Assembly: GCA_964016885.1 (NCBI GenBank)
Contig: OZ024743.1
Coordinates: forward strand, 256,370,001-256,434,000
Origin: Eledone cirrhosa
Lineage: Eukaryota
Length of the DNA stretch: 64,000 nucleotides
Direction of reading: 5' to 3'
Below, in pieces: positions 15,813-34,783 of this stretch. How positions within the stretch are numbered: position 1 is the first letter of the stretch; each line of letters opens with the position of its first letter. A program made the translations under genes and the position numbers. The notes under the pieces were generated by a model. The model saw only the letters and a list, made by a program, of their open reading frames with translations, was not told where the DNA came from and ran no database searches.

Positions 15813-15860
15813 TATATACTTTCCTTATGAAAATTAACGGCTGAGCAGCCTAATTTGCAT
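15813..15860 (-). promoter_or_regulatory. Putative snRNA/U6-type promoter (octamer + TATA) upstream of the HHR
   Basis: ATGCAAAT (15853-15860), 34 nt, TATATA (15813-15818), 34 nt, HHR stem I. Same spacing at 24032-24079 and in the diverged copy at 45686-45734. Confidence 0.55.
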
Positions 15861-16337
15861 ATCGAGTGAGTTCAGTCGGCCAGCGGCACCGAAAACGATA
15901 AATGGAATAGAATGAAACGAAATTTCATTTCTCACTCTTAGTACGGCACTTCCTTAAATGTAAGTATGTATGTATACGTACATACATATATGTATACATA
16001 TACAAAAAGGTGACGTGGTTGCCTAAACACTGTACGGCGTAATTCAGGCTGTTTGTTTGTTTACAAACGAACAAACCGAACATTATAATAAATGTTCGGA
16101 AAACTGATACGTGCATATATGTGTGCCTGTATGTATATATATACATGCTACTGTACGTCTGTATACATATATGTATGTACGTATACATACATACTTACAT
16201 TTAATTTATAATAAATTGAAGTGAAAGCAACTGGTGCGTGTGTTTCTTATTGGCAAAATGACCCTCCCAAAGCATAACAATATCGGTTTCAACACACGTT
16301 TTCAGATAAAGAATCTTGCTAAACAAATTCAGAAACG

Positions 16338-16446
<109 letters not shown>

Positions 16447-16465
16447 TATACATATATATATGTAC

Positions 16466-16528
<63 letters not shown>

Positions 16529-16540
16529 TATATATACATT

Positions 16541-16618
<78 letters not shown>

Positions 16619-17276
16619 ATAAGTCACATAGGTAATTTCAGATAGCTTCACTGTTTGGAATGACATATTGCTTGATTGCTGCTCTTGGTGGTGTTGGTGG
16701 TGTACTTAGTAATGGAAACAGTGTATGTAGTCGTATAGGAAGAGCAGGCCTACTAGCCTGGTGCAGTCCATTATTAAACAAGATATTTTCACACACCTAT
16801 TAATGATTGATTAATAAACAGACAGAATGAACATCTGACAAAATGGTGAAACAAGACAATAATTGACACATTTCAATACTGAAATAATTGTTTTATTTTA
16901 TTTAGTTTTTATATTCAAAGTCACTCCCAATAGAGCAGCAGGTAATCAACCATACAGCAAACACCAAGCAGCTATTTAGTTTCTTAGGAGCTACAAAAGA
17001 AAGAGGCAAAAGGAAATTTAATGAGATACTGCCCTGAAATCAGAAAATGATCAGCAGATAATTTAAATGAATTAAAATCATATCAGTCAAGGAAACAAGA
17101 AGAGTTCCATAAGAGAGATATTTGAATGGTGTTATATATATAAATATATATTTCAGCATTCTATATTCTGTGGAGTCTTGTCCTCTCAGTCACTTAATAC
17201 TTTGAAAAATGAAACTGGTGATAAGCACCAGGCTGACGGTTTAACTATTTTAACTAATATATATATATATATATAT

Positions 17277-17360
<84 letters not shown>

Positions 17361-17508
17361 GTGTGCATGTGTGTGCATGTGTGTGCACATGCACGCATGT
17401 GTGTATGTGAGTGTGTGTAAAAAGTAAGCAGAAATAGCAAAGCAAACGTCACTGTACAATGAAGAAATATATTAGTTTAGTGCTTGAAATATATATATAT
17501 TATATATA

Positions 17509-17580
<72 letters not shown>

Positions 17581-17744
17581 TGTGTGTGTGTGTATGTGCA
17601 TTTAAAAAGTTGTTGGTTGAGTTTTCCTAATTATGCCTGCAAAGCAAGGGTTTTTGTTGTTTATTAGTAGATGGCCATAATTCCTCTATAGACCACCCTT
17701 TAGGAATAAGACGTCACCCTTCTACTACTAAGAAATTAAAATAC

Positions 17745-18000
17745 CTTCTCCACAGGCGTATTCAAGAAAAACATACATAGCTACTTTGAGAAATGTAAAC
17801 AGTTTAAAACAATGGAAACTAATCTGACAACTTTAGACTTCTTAGATGTGACATTGAACCTAACAAACACTCTGTACTTTCCTTTATAAATATTTAAAAG
17901 ACACTCGAAAAAAGGCAGCAAGAAACCTGCAACTCAGCAATCATCAAACAACCCTTTTATTTGCTGAGAGTTAGAAAAGATATGATAAAAGAATAATGAA
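17745..18000 (+). pseudogene. Highly degenerate PLE RT fragment
   Basis: ~17829-17890 reads TLDFLDVTLNLTNTLYFP, the same motif as in PLEs A and C. Confidence 0.5.
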
Positions 18001-19427
18001 AATATAGCAAGATGTTGCCCTTGCAATCAGAAAATTATTGATATATCTTTAAAATGGGCTTCAACTTAAATATGCACACACTGCACAACTTTTATAATTC
18101 AGAACTGTGTTTTCATGTGTTCATATTCATCTAACACCCTTCCATCATAATTCTGTGTAAAAACATTTATAATTACTGCTTCAAAACTAAACAATTGAAA
18201 AATGATAGGAAATGTTTTTCATTAGATATATAATAATGAAGGGGTTAAACTTGGAGAAGAGGACGTTTAAGGTTGGTTAGTGTTAAGAGTGTTAAAGAAA
18301 TTTGCAGATCTACAATATTTTTTAGAACTAAATTTAAGAGTACAGACGTGGGGTAGTGTATTATACATGAATACATCTGAAATTGTTAATGATTTGAAAC
18401 ATATTTATTTCTTATGAGTTACAAGTTGCTTACATTCCTTAACATAATGAAAAACTGAATATTGTAGAAAAATTCTCATTTTTAGCTTCAGAAACCAAGG
18501 TCGTATTTTACTCAAGGCTATACTCAGATATCATATGTATGCAATTTATTCACATTTCTTTTTAAAATTCAGACACTGGCTATGTATTATACAGGAGTCA
18601 TATTATACCAAAGACATACAGTAAACTAAAATTGAGAGATTTATGAATATATGAAAACAGATAGAGTGATAGACAAATTTGTACCCTTTTGTTCTACATC
18701 TTTTATCTCAATTCCAAAGTATATTATAAATCAAGATCTGAATATGAAGAAGCTGTCAGCAGTTTCTTTCTTCACAGGTTTTCCTACTCAACAAATTGGT
18801 CTTCAGAGACAGAGCACATACGTGATAATTTGTTTAATAATTTCATCCTTGACCTCAAATATTAATGCAACAAGTTCACATGGTAGAGAAGATAGCCAAA
18901 AGCAAGACAATAGCAGTAAAATAAGAATTTCTCTAAATTGACATCGTCCATATAGAATGAAATATGATTGAATTTCAATGGTGGTTAGTCTCTTTGATCT
19001 TTGCTTTCAGCTGCCCTGGCAAATATTTGCCTTCTTATGGCTTCCGGAAACATTGTCTTCATTGATGGAGAAATGGCTACATTAACCTTATGTGATCACT
19101 GACTGAACAGAAATTGATTCAACAATTGATAGTACTAAAATACTCACAAATGTATTGTCGTGTAGATTATTTGTTCATTTGTTCATACAAGATGGTTGTT
19201 ATATTACAATTATATTATGTCCTAACAACATTTTGTGTATATATATAAATGTGTGTGTATGTGTCTGTGTATATATATATGTGTATATATATACACAGAC
19301 ACACACACACACATTTATATATATACTTTATTTATATATATTATATATATATATGTATATATATATACCTATATGTGTGTATGTATGTATAATGTATGTC
19401 TATATATACATACATACATGTATATAA

Positions 19428-19474
<47 letters not shown>

Positions 19475-19479
<5 letters not shown>

Positions 19480-22400
19480 TTATTCAATTAGAGAAAGTTG
19501 GTTGATTTAAAATCAGCAGATTTTTATATAACAGATGTCAAGCACTCAACGATTTATGGATATCCGGAGTTTTATTATAATAATGAACAAATGAGACAGT
19601 TACTCTAGTCTATCCCTATTTATTTTATTGTATGTATATCAAAGATGTATGGCTTATGTATAACATCAGTCAAACATTTTCTCATCAGATAAAATTCACA
19701 GGAGATGTAAATATCTTTTGACATGCTAGCAGCCAGGCGAGTTCTTCACTTCAGTGACCGGCCAGCATGTGCCTGGAAAAATTTCAACGTAATAGATATT
19801 GTATGAGTGGGAAAACTATTTTACAGTTGGCATTGCTGTCTTTGAAGTGGCTAGGGTTTCAGGTTACCGGATTGGTCAATTAGTTCAAAGGATAGCATGT
19901 AAGAACTGTTTGTCTATTTTTTTCTTTTAAATTTTAAATAATCAATTGATAGATGCCGAAAAATTGAATTACTAATTTATAGTCTATTTAAACTTTATTT
20001 ACATTTACTATTGTATTTTTTATGCAGGAGATATTGTATGAGTGGGAAAATATTTACAGTTGGCTAGGTGTTTGGGAACTGGCTAGGGTATCAGATTACC
20101 GGATTGATCAATTAGTTCAAAAGAAAGCATGTATGTACTGTTAATCTTTTTTTTTATATTAGATTTATCTCACTTAGATACTATATCAATTTAAGATATT
20201 TATTCATGAATGCTAAATTTACAATATGACTATATATTAAAGAAATCTTGCATTACTTATTTCATATTCTATTTAGTTTTATTTACATTTAACTAACTAA
20301 CATGTAACTATATATTAAAGAAATTATGTGTTACTTATTTCCTAGTCTATTTAGCTATATTTACATTTAACTAAATACTCTATGAAAAGTCTTGGTGAAT
20401 TTGTGGAGACAAGAACTAAAAATTTCCAAGCATTTGTTTATAATTTTATGTCAATTTTTATGATATGGTGAATCTCAGTGGTACAGAGGTCACACCCTTT
20501 AAATATAGATTCATTTTCATAGGAAAAGCATATGAAAAGTTTCTGCCAAGAAAGAGAATATTCAACATTTTTATTTTCAAGAGACCAAATCAATTCAGAA
20601 AGGGCCGTGCTACATTTTTTATATTTTCTTTTAAACTAGTGGCGATGGTTATACCACCTTTCCTTAAATTTAGAGGAAGTTGCACCTTTATAACTATAAG
20701 ACTTATTATTCGTTTTCACCGTGCATTCATAAACTATATTCTTATCAAAACAGTTATTATTCAATTGGCAAAAATTAGTTTTTACATTTGCAGTTATCTC
20801 CATTACCATTCGAAGACCCCTCTTTGTGTCTGTATGTCAGTAGGCTTATCTCATCTATGTTAATGATGTTATCTATTTTATACGAGATGCTGCTTATTCT
20901 ATCAGTGTTTTTTAATTTTACTAGTGGGAGTTATCTCTCTATGTTTAATTCCCAGATTTCTGTTATTAATTTTTACTATATTCCGGGCAATATTCTTTGT
21001 AGTCAAGTAAGGAAAGTTTAATTGTGTGTCGGTTAAGGATTTTACTGTATTTATGTGATCTTGGAAGACACTTATCTAATGCATTAAAGAAAAGCCGAGC
21101 TATACTATTCTTAATTCCAATGGAGTGTGGTGGATTATACCACAGAACGGAGCAGGTTTTAACCCTCTTATGGAACTATTTGGTTGTATTCAAGTTATAT
21201 TCATTCAAAATCTGATTTGTCCTGACTCTATTGGATTGGGTTCGACTACCCACAAAATTACGATTGTCATTAACTGTGTGTATGTTAGTGTTGATATCTG
21301 TGTTTTTTTTATTTCTATGTGGGGGTGTGAAATTATATTTATCTATATAAATGTACTCGATTTTATCATGGCAACCTGCATTATTATCCAATATTTCCTT
21401 ATCAGCTGAGAGTCTAGAGATTCTTCTGTTGAACACTATTAACTATGGCCTCTTTAACGTTTCTATTGTGGTTTGAGTAGTAGCTAACTTAATTGAAATT
21501 TTCATTTAATTCCTTGTATGTGTAGTATTGGCCTAAATTGAGGTTTAACGTTATGTCTAGGAAGTTGGTAACAAACCTCTGCCAATTTCAGATTACATTA
21601 TGTTAATTAGATTTAGGGTGAAGACTCCCGCGAGGTCACTGACCTGAGCTGAGTCTGTAGAACCCATGGTGATGTCGACTCTAGTCCATAATTCACCATT
21701 GAAATCAATTATTGTCTTCCTGCCCCAAAAAATAATGTTTCTCACTCGTAAGATTCATATATTTCATTACGTATATTCAGGCCCTATTGAGTATAGTTAT
21801 TGAAATTGATGAGTAGTAGTTTGTTATGTCTATTTGTATGAATTTAGCCCTATTTTTGTTTACTAATTCAGTGAACCGATCAATAACCTCATTGGTTCCA
21901 TTCCATAGTTTGAGCTGGGATCATAGCTTTCATGGTGGCATGATCCTCTCAAGGATGCTCTTACTTATAATTCCTAAGTTGTATTTAAATGGTGCTATAA
22001 GTCTAACCGGTAGCTCTGATTCAAAATTATTTTTATGGTCTTTCATATATATTCTCGGTGTTCTATGTATGAAAGGTCCGATGTTCAATCCCTATTTTGA
22101 TGACAATTTCATTAGCCTCCTTATTTATAGATTATAAAGGTCGTTTTGCAATAGTTGTTTCTAAGTTCTCTGATTACTAGTTTATTGAACTCCTCCTTAA
22201 CTAATCTATACAGGTTGTTGGTTTTGTCAGAGTGAAACAGAATTGATTTAGTTTTCTTGAGTTCATTAATTTTAGGGTTTTTTTAGGTATTCCTCACCTC
22301 TGTAGGTATCTTTCTTGAATTTTAAACCATGAGTAATTTTGACTAATTCATTTTCAAATTCAGCTAGATACTTGTTATATGGTGGGGTTTTCCTTGACCT

Positions 22401-23003
22401 AAATTCCCAATCAAGATTGTTCCTATCTGGGATATCTTGTTTTTCTTTTGTATTCTCCTCAAAGTGCTAAGAATACCACCGCATTCTATGTATGAAGAAA
22501 TCAGTTTTTTCGATTAGTTGCTGAGTAAACTCTCCAATTCCAGGTATTGGTACATCCTTAAGTAATGAGGAGATATTAAAGTATTCTATCTTATCAGTAT
22601 CTGTTATAGAAGAAAACGCTCAACTATGATAGGAGCATACATTTATTCAATTAGAGAAAGTTGGTTGATTTAAAATCAGCAGATTTTATATAACATATAT
22701 CAAGCTCTCAACCGTTTATGTTTATCTGGAATTTTATTATAATAATAAAACAAATAAGACAGTTACTTTAGTCCATTCTATTTATTCTATTATACATTGA
22801 CATTTTTTCAGGCATATGCTAGCCGGTCACTGAAGTGAATAACTCGTCTGACCGCTAGCATATCAAAGGATATTTACATCTCCTGTGAATTTTATCTGAT
22901 GAGAACATGTTTGACTAATGTTAGACATAAGCTATACATCTCTGAAATACGTATAATAAAATAAATAGGGATGGACTAAAGTAACCATCTTATTTGTTTA
23001 TTA
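19475..23003 (-). mobile_element. Penelope-like element B (Hydra-clade-like), near full-length but degenerate, with direct and inverted pseudo-LTRs
   Basis: N-terminus LLKDVPIPG..LIEKTDFFIHRMRW (~22480-22580 minus). RT, thumb and EN remnants run down to ~20390. 22639-22790 is a direct repeat of 19475-19630, and ~22790-23003 is an inverted repeat of ~19580-19795. Confidence 0.88.
22890..22961 (+). ncRNA. Hammerhead in inverted pLTR of PLE B (copy at ~19623-19695 minus has GAAA>GATA)
   Basis: ttttat-CTGATGA-stem II-GAAA-TACGTA-TA|ataaaa; perfect 6-bp stem I and palindromic stem III. Confidence 0.78.
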
Positions 23004-23356
23004 TATATATATATATAATAATAGTACTAAACACTGTTTTCTGGACCCCTTTAGAAATAACCTGCTACTGTAATAGCCCCAATAACTTGTCTGTAACTCT
23101 GTACCACTTTGACCCCTTTAACTAAATTTTGTCCGAACAACACCACTAGAAGAATTTACTTCCCCCGTCAACCCTAACACGCCTCATTAAGCTAAGTGCT
23201 GCCAAAACATTCTCTCCTTACAATCTCTACTAGTCTGACAGTCTTAAATCCTAGGACTCCATCCCCCTTACTCACTTCCCTCTTCCCCTTCTCTTCCTAC
23301 CTCCTTCTTTCTCTTTTATTTAGTGTATAAAATATTTTCATATCATTCCAATACAA

Positions 23357-23473
23357 AGATCTGACGACATGGTGTGTTTCCTTACAGTGTACCCTCGGTT
23401 TATGATAATATTTTTATATTATTCAAATAGCGAGGTATAGGTAACCCATACACTATAGAAACAATTGTTACCT
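23357..23473 (+). ncRNA. Hammerhead candidate with long stem II, in a PLE-type 3' fragment (~23010-23510)
   Basis: agat-CTGACGA-c atggtgtg...tacactat a-GAAAC-AATT-GTT|acct, followed by AATAAA. One stem I mismatch. Confidence 0.55.
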
Positions 23474-23511
23474 AATAAATTCTTTATACCCGCATTTCCA
23501 TTTCATGAACT

Positions 23512-24592
<1,081 letters not shown>

Positions 24593-26273
24593 GCACAATG
24601 GAAGAACATACAGGAGTCTCACTATGAATAATTCGCAGCTATCTCAGTAGCAGTATGAGAATTTGAGACATATTTCAGAATTTTATATTTCTCATGCTAG
24701 GCTTTGATAACTTATAAAAAATCTCCCAGTCAACAGGAGAGCAAGGAATATGAATAGAAGTCATTTTTATAATTTAATTCCCTATCTATTTCCTAGCAAT
24801 TCTGTTTTGTTATCTTTTTCTTTTTATTGGTTGAGATCTCCATGGCAAGGAATCTAAATCCTTTTTGAAATTCCTATCAATTCCTGTTTGCTGGCAGCAG
24901 CGGACCCTAACATTTTCACATGACACCATGTGTTGCTGGCTGTCTGTGATTTCAGTATAGTAGTAATCCTTAACTATGATGCATGCGGTTTAGAAACTGG
25001 GGCCCTCTCATACTTTGGAAAGATTATCCAGCTGATGAAGCTATATAGAGTTGGTTTGTACACTGTATACACAGTACAGCCACTGTAATGGACATGTGCA
25101 GATGCACATCTCAGATCAGTCTATACTCGCAGAAACCTGGGTTTTTTGGTCTGGGGCAGTTAATATAAACTTACCACATTCTACTTGCAGCTGCCCCAAT
25201 TACAAATAACGCCAGCTTGGAAGAATGGACGTAAAACGGTGATGATTATGATGATATGGGTATAGTTTTAGTGTGATCCCACGTTCAAATTGTGTCTCAT
25301 AGAGTGTGTAATGAGATCAGTAGGAGCCATATGATTTCTATGGCTTCGATGACCCATAAATATATATATATATGAATATTTTCAGCAATAACACATAGTT
25401 ACTCTGCATGGTATTTTGCATATGCATTCACTAGTTGCAGGGCACAGCGTTGACACCACGTGGTCTGAGGCACCTATTTTTCTGTTCTCACACACCACAG
25501 TTTGTTCCACTTTATAACGTATTGTGTCCACTCTGGTATGCAAATTCTTATTTACAAAATATGATCTTTGTAAAATCATGGAGTGAGTGGCAAACGGCAT
25601 TTTTGGATGAATCCTAGTTGTCTGGCTCGTTAAAATTAATACTGCATCTCCCCAGTAACGTATTTGCCTAAGATCGCAAGTTGAATGTTAAATATTTTTA
25701 CATTAATTCGATTTCTATGTATTATGCACTTCTGCTTGTTTTCTATAAAACATATTTGACTGAAATCTAGCGCGATTTTCAAGCTGTTTGAATTTCATCA
25801 TCAATAGTGAGCTTTGTTCTATCGACAGGCCTTGACAACCTTCCTCTTTAGAAAATCACGTGATGCTGCCAGCGTCGTAGCAACAGTGGATGTATATATA
25901 TATCCGGGGGGTGGGGGTAAAAGTAAATCATCCAATTTTTTTTAAATGTAAACAAAACCACATTGCAAGGTTATATATTTTTTGTATATAATGTCATATT
26001 TTAGGCAACTATATATTATGTAATTCTGAGGAGCTTAATATTAAGGATAAAACGCAGGTAAATTAAAATGTGATATAGTTAGCATATTTGGCTTATTTCT
26101 CAATGTACTTATTGCTCTACATGAATTCATAATCGTTTATAATAGGATTTCATACTTTTCTATAAAATTGTAAGTAGCCTTGTGTACATAAAAAAAAATC
26201 CCGTATTTTTAAGCTGTATAACTTCTTCACCTATAATTATTTGCTTTCGTATTTGAAATCATATTACTTTATA

Positions 26274-26387
<114 letters not shown>

Positions 26388-26402
26388 AATATATATATAT
26401 AT

Positions 26403-26812
26403 AGTAATAATAATAAATTTGAAGACTAAAATCCAAAGAGGGCTCGATAAGGATAAATATATATCAAGTATATAAGAACCGTAGAGCAAATATTTATTAA
26501 AATAACAGATTAAAGTTTAAGCAAAGAATCGCTGCTTTCACCTTTAACGGGATCTTCTGAAACTAACAAAGTCAATCTGTAAACGCAGAAATGGATATTT
26601 CAAAAAGCGTTGCAACCGGAGGAAGACAGGAAGACGATATTTTGGTTCGTGGAAACGTTTCCTGGCAAAGAACGGGAAAAAAACGAATATAATACGTCAT
26701 TAATAGGAGCGGTGAAAAACAATTACGCGCAAAGACAGAACCACGTTTATGGTATAAAAGAGGTTGTAGACTAATGTTCTCTTAGGTGGTTCATAGAGAC
26801 GTTCTCTGGCAA

Positions 26813-26815
<3 letters not shown>
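26403..26815 (-). mobile_element. PLE C-family 3' fragment with tail; HHR at 26514-26564
   Basis: Reverse complement of 12963-13128 and similar to 29013-29320; lies between TA tracts. Confidence 0.8.
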
Positions 26816-31061
<4,246 letters not shown>

Positions 31062-32711
31062 GAATATATATATGTACATATATATCTGTGTGTGTGTGTG
31101 TGTTTATATATATAAACTCACATTTAAAATATGCATATATTTATTCATTTATATATCGGAACAATCATATTTGTGGAGTTAAGGAGTTTACTTTATGACA
31201 ACTTTTAATCCAATTCCATGACAAATTGAACAAGTGTCATGGATTATAGCAAAGATTAATATTTAAGTAGGAAAAAAGACCAGGCCCTGATGCCTTTGTG
31301 GGACTAGCCAGGCTCAATGTGTAGAAAAGGAATAGGTAGTAACTCTATTTACGATGTACACAATATAAAACATGTACACAAGAAGTGAAATGAGACAGCA
31401 GGAAGGCTAACAAAGAATTAAGATTATGTTGTAGATGCACAGGCATAGTTTGTTGTAAGAGCACCAAGAAAATGAAACTTTTTCAGTCTAGAAGTTTTTT
31501 ATATCTTCTGTTGTTACCTAGGTGACCTAATTAATAGTGAAAGTGAATGAGACAACCATGAATTGTATGATGCTGGCTTGAGCAGTACAATATTGCTTAT
31601 TAGTTAAGACATGGATAGTAATGTAGAAAATTTGTGAAAGCTGGAGTGAAACGAATAAAGCATTTTATAAACATTCTTGAGCCATTATTTTTCATAAATA
31701 GAGCACATAATTTTGTTTCGATTATCATTCATAAGCGAGAGTTCCTCCATCTAAATCTCAGTTGATAGAATAGCAAGTAAAATACCAACCTAGTAATGTT
31801 AGCATGGATTAAGCAGTGAATGTAAAGCAGAGGCAAAATTAATGAAAGAGTTTATTAAAATAGTTACAAGTGAGGGAAAATTGTGTGATCACTGAATTTA
31901 TAACTTAAGTATATTATGGTATCTTCCCTTACAACTTCTTCCATTACACCAGACCACATCATCATCTATCTTAAAACATGTGTTAAGAATTCAAACATTT
32001 TCATTCTATGATAACTTAGCCAGTTAACATTTTAAGAGATGGACCTCAAACACATAATATACACTGTTTAATATATAGTTTAGAGCATCATTAATAATTT
32101 GTGTCTGTAAAGAGAATCTTTCTCAAGTATTCAATACATGGAGTTGATATTATTTTTTACTGTATCAAAATGTTTTTATTTTAAACAATACTTATTGATG
32201 TGTCCTTGGAAGAAAACGTTAGTTATTACAACGTAGAACATTTCAAAATCTGCTTGGTTTTCTATTATGTTTTCCTTCTATAGCTAAAAGCTATTAGCAA
32301 AGAAGATTATTTATTCACGTTCTACACTCCATTTGTTATATATTTATGCATGTGGCTTACTTAAAATGATGTACATTATTTAGTATGTAAATATGTATGT
32401 CAGTATATATATATATATATTGATGGCGCACTATCTCTCTCTAGTGTGTTACTTTTTAAACATATTGTATTTTATATATATATATATATGTATGTGTGTT
32501 TGTTTGTGTGTCTGTGTGTATGAAATTATGTATATATGTATATTTAGTATTAAGTATACTATTTATGGTTATGCAAATACAAAATCTTTTGTAGTTATAT
32601 ATATTTTTATAAACCCTAAATAGTGGTAGGCAGTAATATATTACTACCTTATTACCAGTAAGTTAAATAGCCCAATGTAATAACATCAGATGATTTACAG
32701 AGCAGTTATAT

Positions 32712-33620
32712 GAATTATAAGAATCAAAGAACTGTTCAAAACATTTTTATGCTTACAACTGTTTCCTCCAAACCGAGGTTTGGATTCTTCGGAGCAATTT
32801 ATTATTGAATGAACACTTATATGACCTCCTTTTCACCCAAGAGACATACAGATACATATGCAAATACTGTGGGTCAACATTCATTACAGCATTTAGTGTG
32901 GTAGTACACATTTAGAGATTACATTCATATTAAAAGATACAATCAGAAATACAGGTTAAAATACAACATGAAATTAAGCGGTTATAGAGTGCAATAGTTA
33001 TTCGTATGGCAAGCACGTGCTTCTTGTTTATATAGTGTGGCAGAGAGTTACGTGTAATAGAAGCACTTAAGCAGGTAATCATGAGTGTTAAGGGGGTTGA
33101 TCTGGTAATGAATTCTTTATATGATTGTTATAGCCTGTGCGTGGAGAAATAATATAAGCATTAAAAATAATGTAAGCATTAAACATATTGGAAATGCGTA
33201 GCGAAGGGATGATATGGATTTCATGCACTGCGACATTTTCATATACCGGGGAGCGTATTTTTTCAGATTATATGCCCCTCACATAATCCACGACGATTCG
33301 ATATTGGGCGTTTGACAATCCTGTTAGAGAATCATAGTCTGATGTTCTTTAGCTCAATACAGTAGGTTGTTACGTTGCGAGAATCGACATGGAAATATTA
33401 CCCGGAAGTGTGTGTGTGTGGCTAAGGGGAGTTAATGCATGAGGGGAGGTAACTCAGTGGTTTCTATTACTAACTATTAAATTTATGTCTCTTGGGTGAA
33501 AAGGAGGTCATATAAGTGTTCATTCAATAATAAATTGCTCCGAAGAATCCAAACCTCGGTTTGGAGGAAACAGTTATAAGCATACAAATGTTTTGAACAG
33601 TTCTTTGATTCTTATAATTT
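32712..33620 (-). mobile_element. Fold-back PLE-type insert with ~135-bp inverted ends carrying an HHR
   Basis: ~32712-32848 is the reverse complement of ~33484-33620; the interior has no intact ORF. Confidence 0.75.
32750..32796 (-). ncRNA. Hammerhead with CCGAAGA core (U4C); inverted copy at 33536-33582
   Basis: tgct-CCGAAGA-a tccaaacc tc ggtttgga g-GAAAC-AGTT-GTA|agca. Confidence 0.65.
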
Positions 33621-33758
33621 ATATATATATTTATGTATATATATATATATATATGTGTGTATATGTGTATGCATGTATATGTATGTGTTTGTTTGTGTAT
33701 GTATATATGTGTGTGTATATATATATTATATATATTATATATATTATATATAGGAACA

Positions 33759-34715
33759 ATACGCGGATAATTTACGTTTTGATGGGGTAGCTATGTCTAT
33801 TTTATGTTTATACGATTACTTATTTGTATAGGTAAGTACACCTAACCCGTATGTTTTGTGAAGGTACGCATAATTTCTCGTACGTATATATGTTTGTATT
33901 TGTTATAGGTGTATATATTATATATACTGGTATATGTGTATATGGTTATGTGTATATGTGTATTTTGTGTTTGTGCGTTTATGTGTGTTTGCACTATGTA
34001 AGGTGTGTATAGGTGTTATGTCGTGTAAATTGTGTTTTGGTTAACGTAATTTGGTGAACATATATGTATTTACCTGTAGGTATGTGTGTGCGTACGTTAT
34101 ATACGTATTTATGTATGTATATTTATATACGTTTATATAATTATGTGTATACACACACACACACACATATATATATATCTTATGTGTATTTGGTGTATAC
34201 GTTAGTATGTGTGCGGGTACAGGTGTCGCGCGGATGTATGTATGTGTGCGCGTGGTTATGTGTACGTGCATTTATATGAATGCATAGCGGGTATGTTCGC
34301 GTATGCACGTGTATGTACGTATATAGGTGCGTGTATGTTTATATTTTAATAACCTCTATCATTTTCGTTCTACTAATTTATTTACATTATTCTTAACTCT
34401 GAAGCCGAGAATCATTCGGTTTTCTAAAAAGAATATTAGTCTACGACTCCATTTATACCATAAACATGGTTTTGTCTTTGCGTGTAATTGTTTTCACAGC
34501 TCCACATAACGACGTATTATCTTTGCTTTTTTCCGTTCATTGCCATGGAACGTCTTCACGAACCAAAGTATCGTCTTCCTGTTTTCCTTCGGTTGCAACG
34601 TTTTTCGATATATTTACTTCTGCGTTCACAGATTGATCTTTTAGTTTCAGAAGATCCCGTTAAGGGTGAAAGCAGCGATTCTTTGCTTAAACTTTAATCT
34701 GTTACTTTAATAAAT
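33759..34715 (+). mobile_element. PLE C-family 3'UTR/pLTR copy, opposite orientation to 29013-29880
   Basis: atacgcggata (33759) matches tatccgcgtat (29871); gaagccgagaatcattcggttt matches 29328-29349; visibly diverged. Confidence 0.78.
34643..34693 (+). ncRNA. Hammerhead with CAGAAGA core (U4A), PLE C family; copies at 12964-13014 (+), 12896-12946, 26514-26564 and 29034-29084 (-)
   Basis: agttt-CAGAAGA-t ccc gttaa ggg t-GAA-AGCA gcgattctt TGCT-T|aaact. Confidence 0.65.
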
Positions 34716-34731
34716 GTGTGTATATATACAT

Positions 34732-34783
<52 letters not shown>

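Larger units (their letters stand above)
15462..16199 (-). mobile_element. Retrozyme-like non-coding element E: ~442-bp unit, partial second unit and inverted segment, nested in PLE D
   Basis: Unit start ggaatagaatgaaacg at 15462 and 15904. ~16003-16199 is the reverse complement of ~15516-15718. Flanked by the direct repeat atttaatttataataaat (15444-15461 and 16199-16216). Absent from the inverted pLTR copy of D. Confidence 0.85.

Noticed and set aside
16638-16780. Short open frame on the minus strand (…[25 protein letters not shown]…*)
   Set aside because: No recognisable homology and no convincing splice acceptor.
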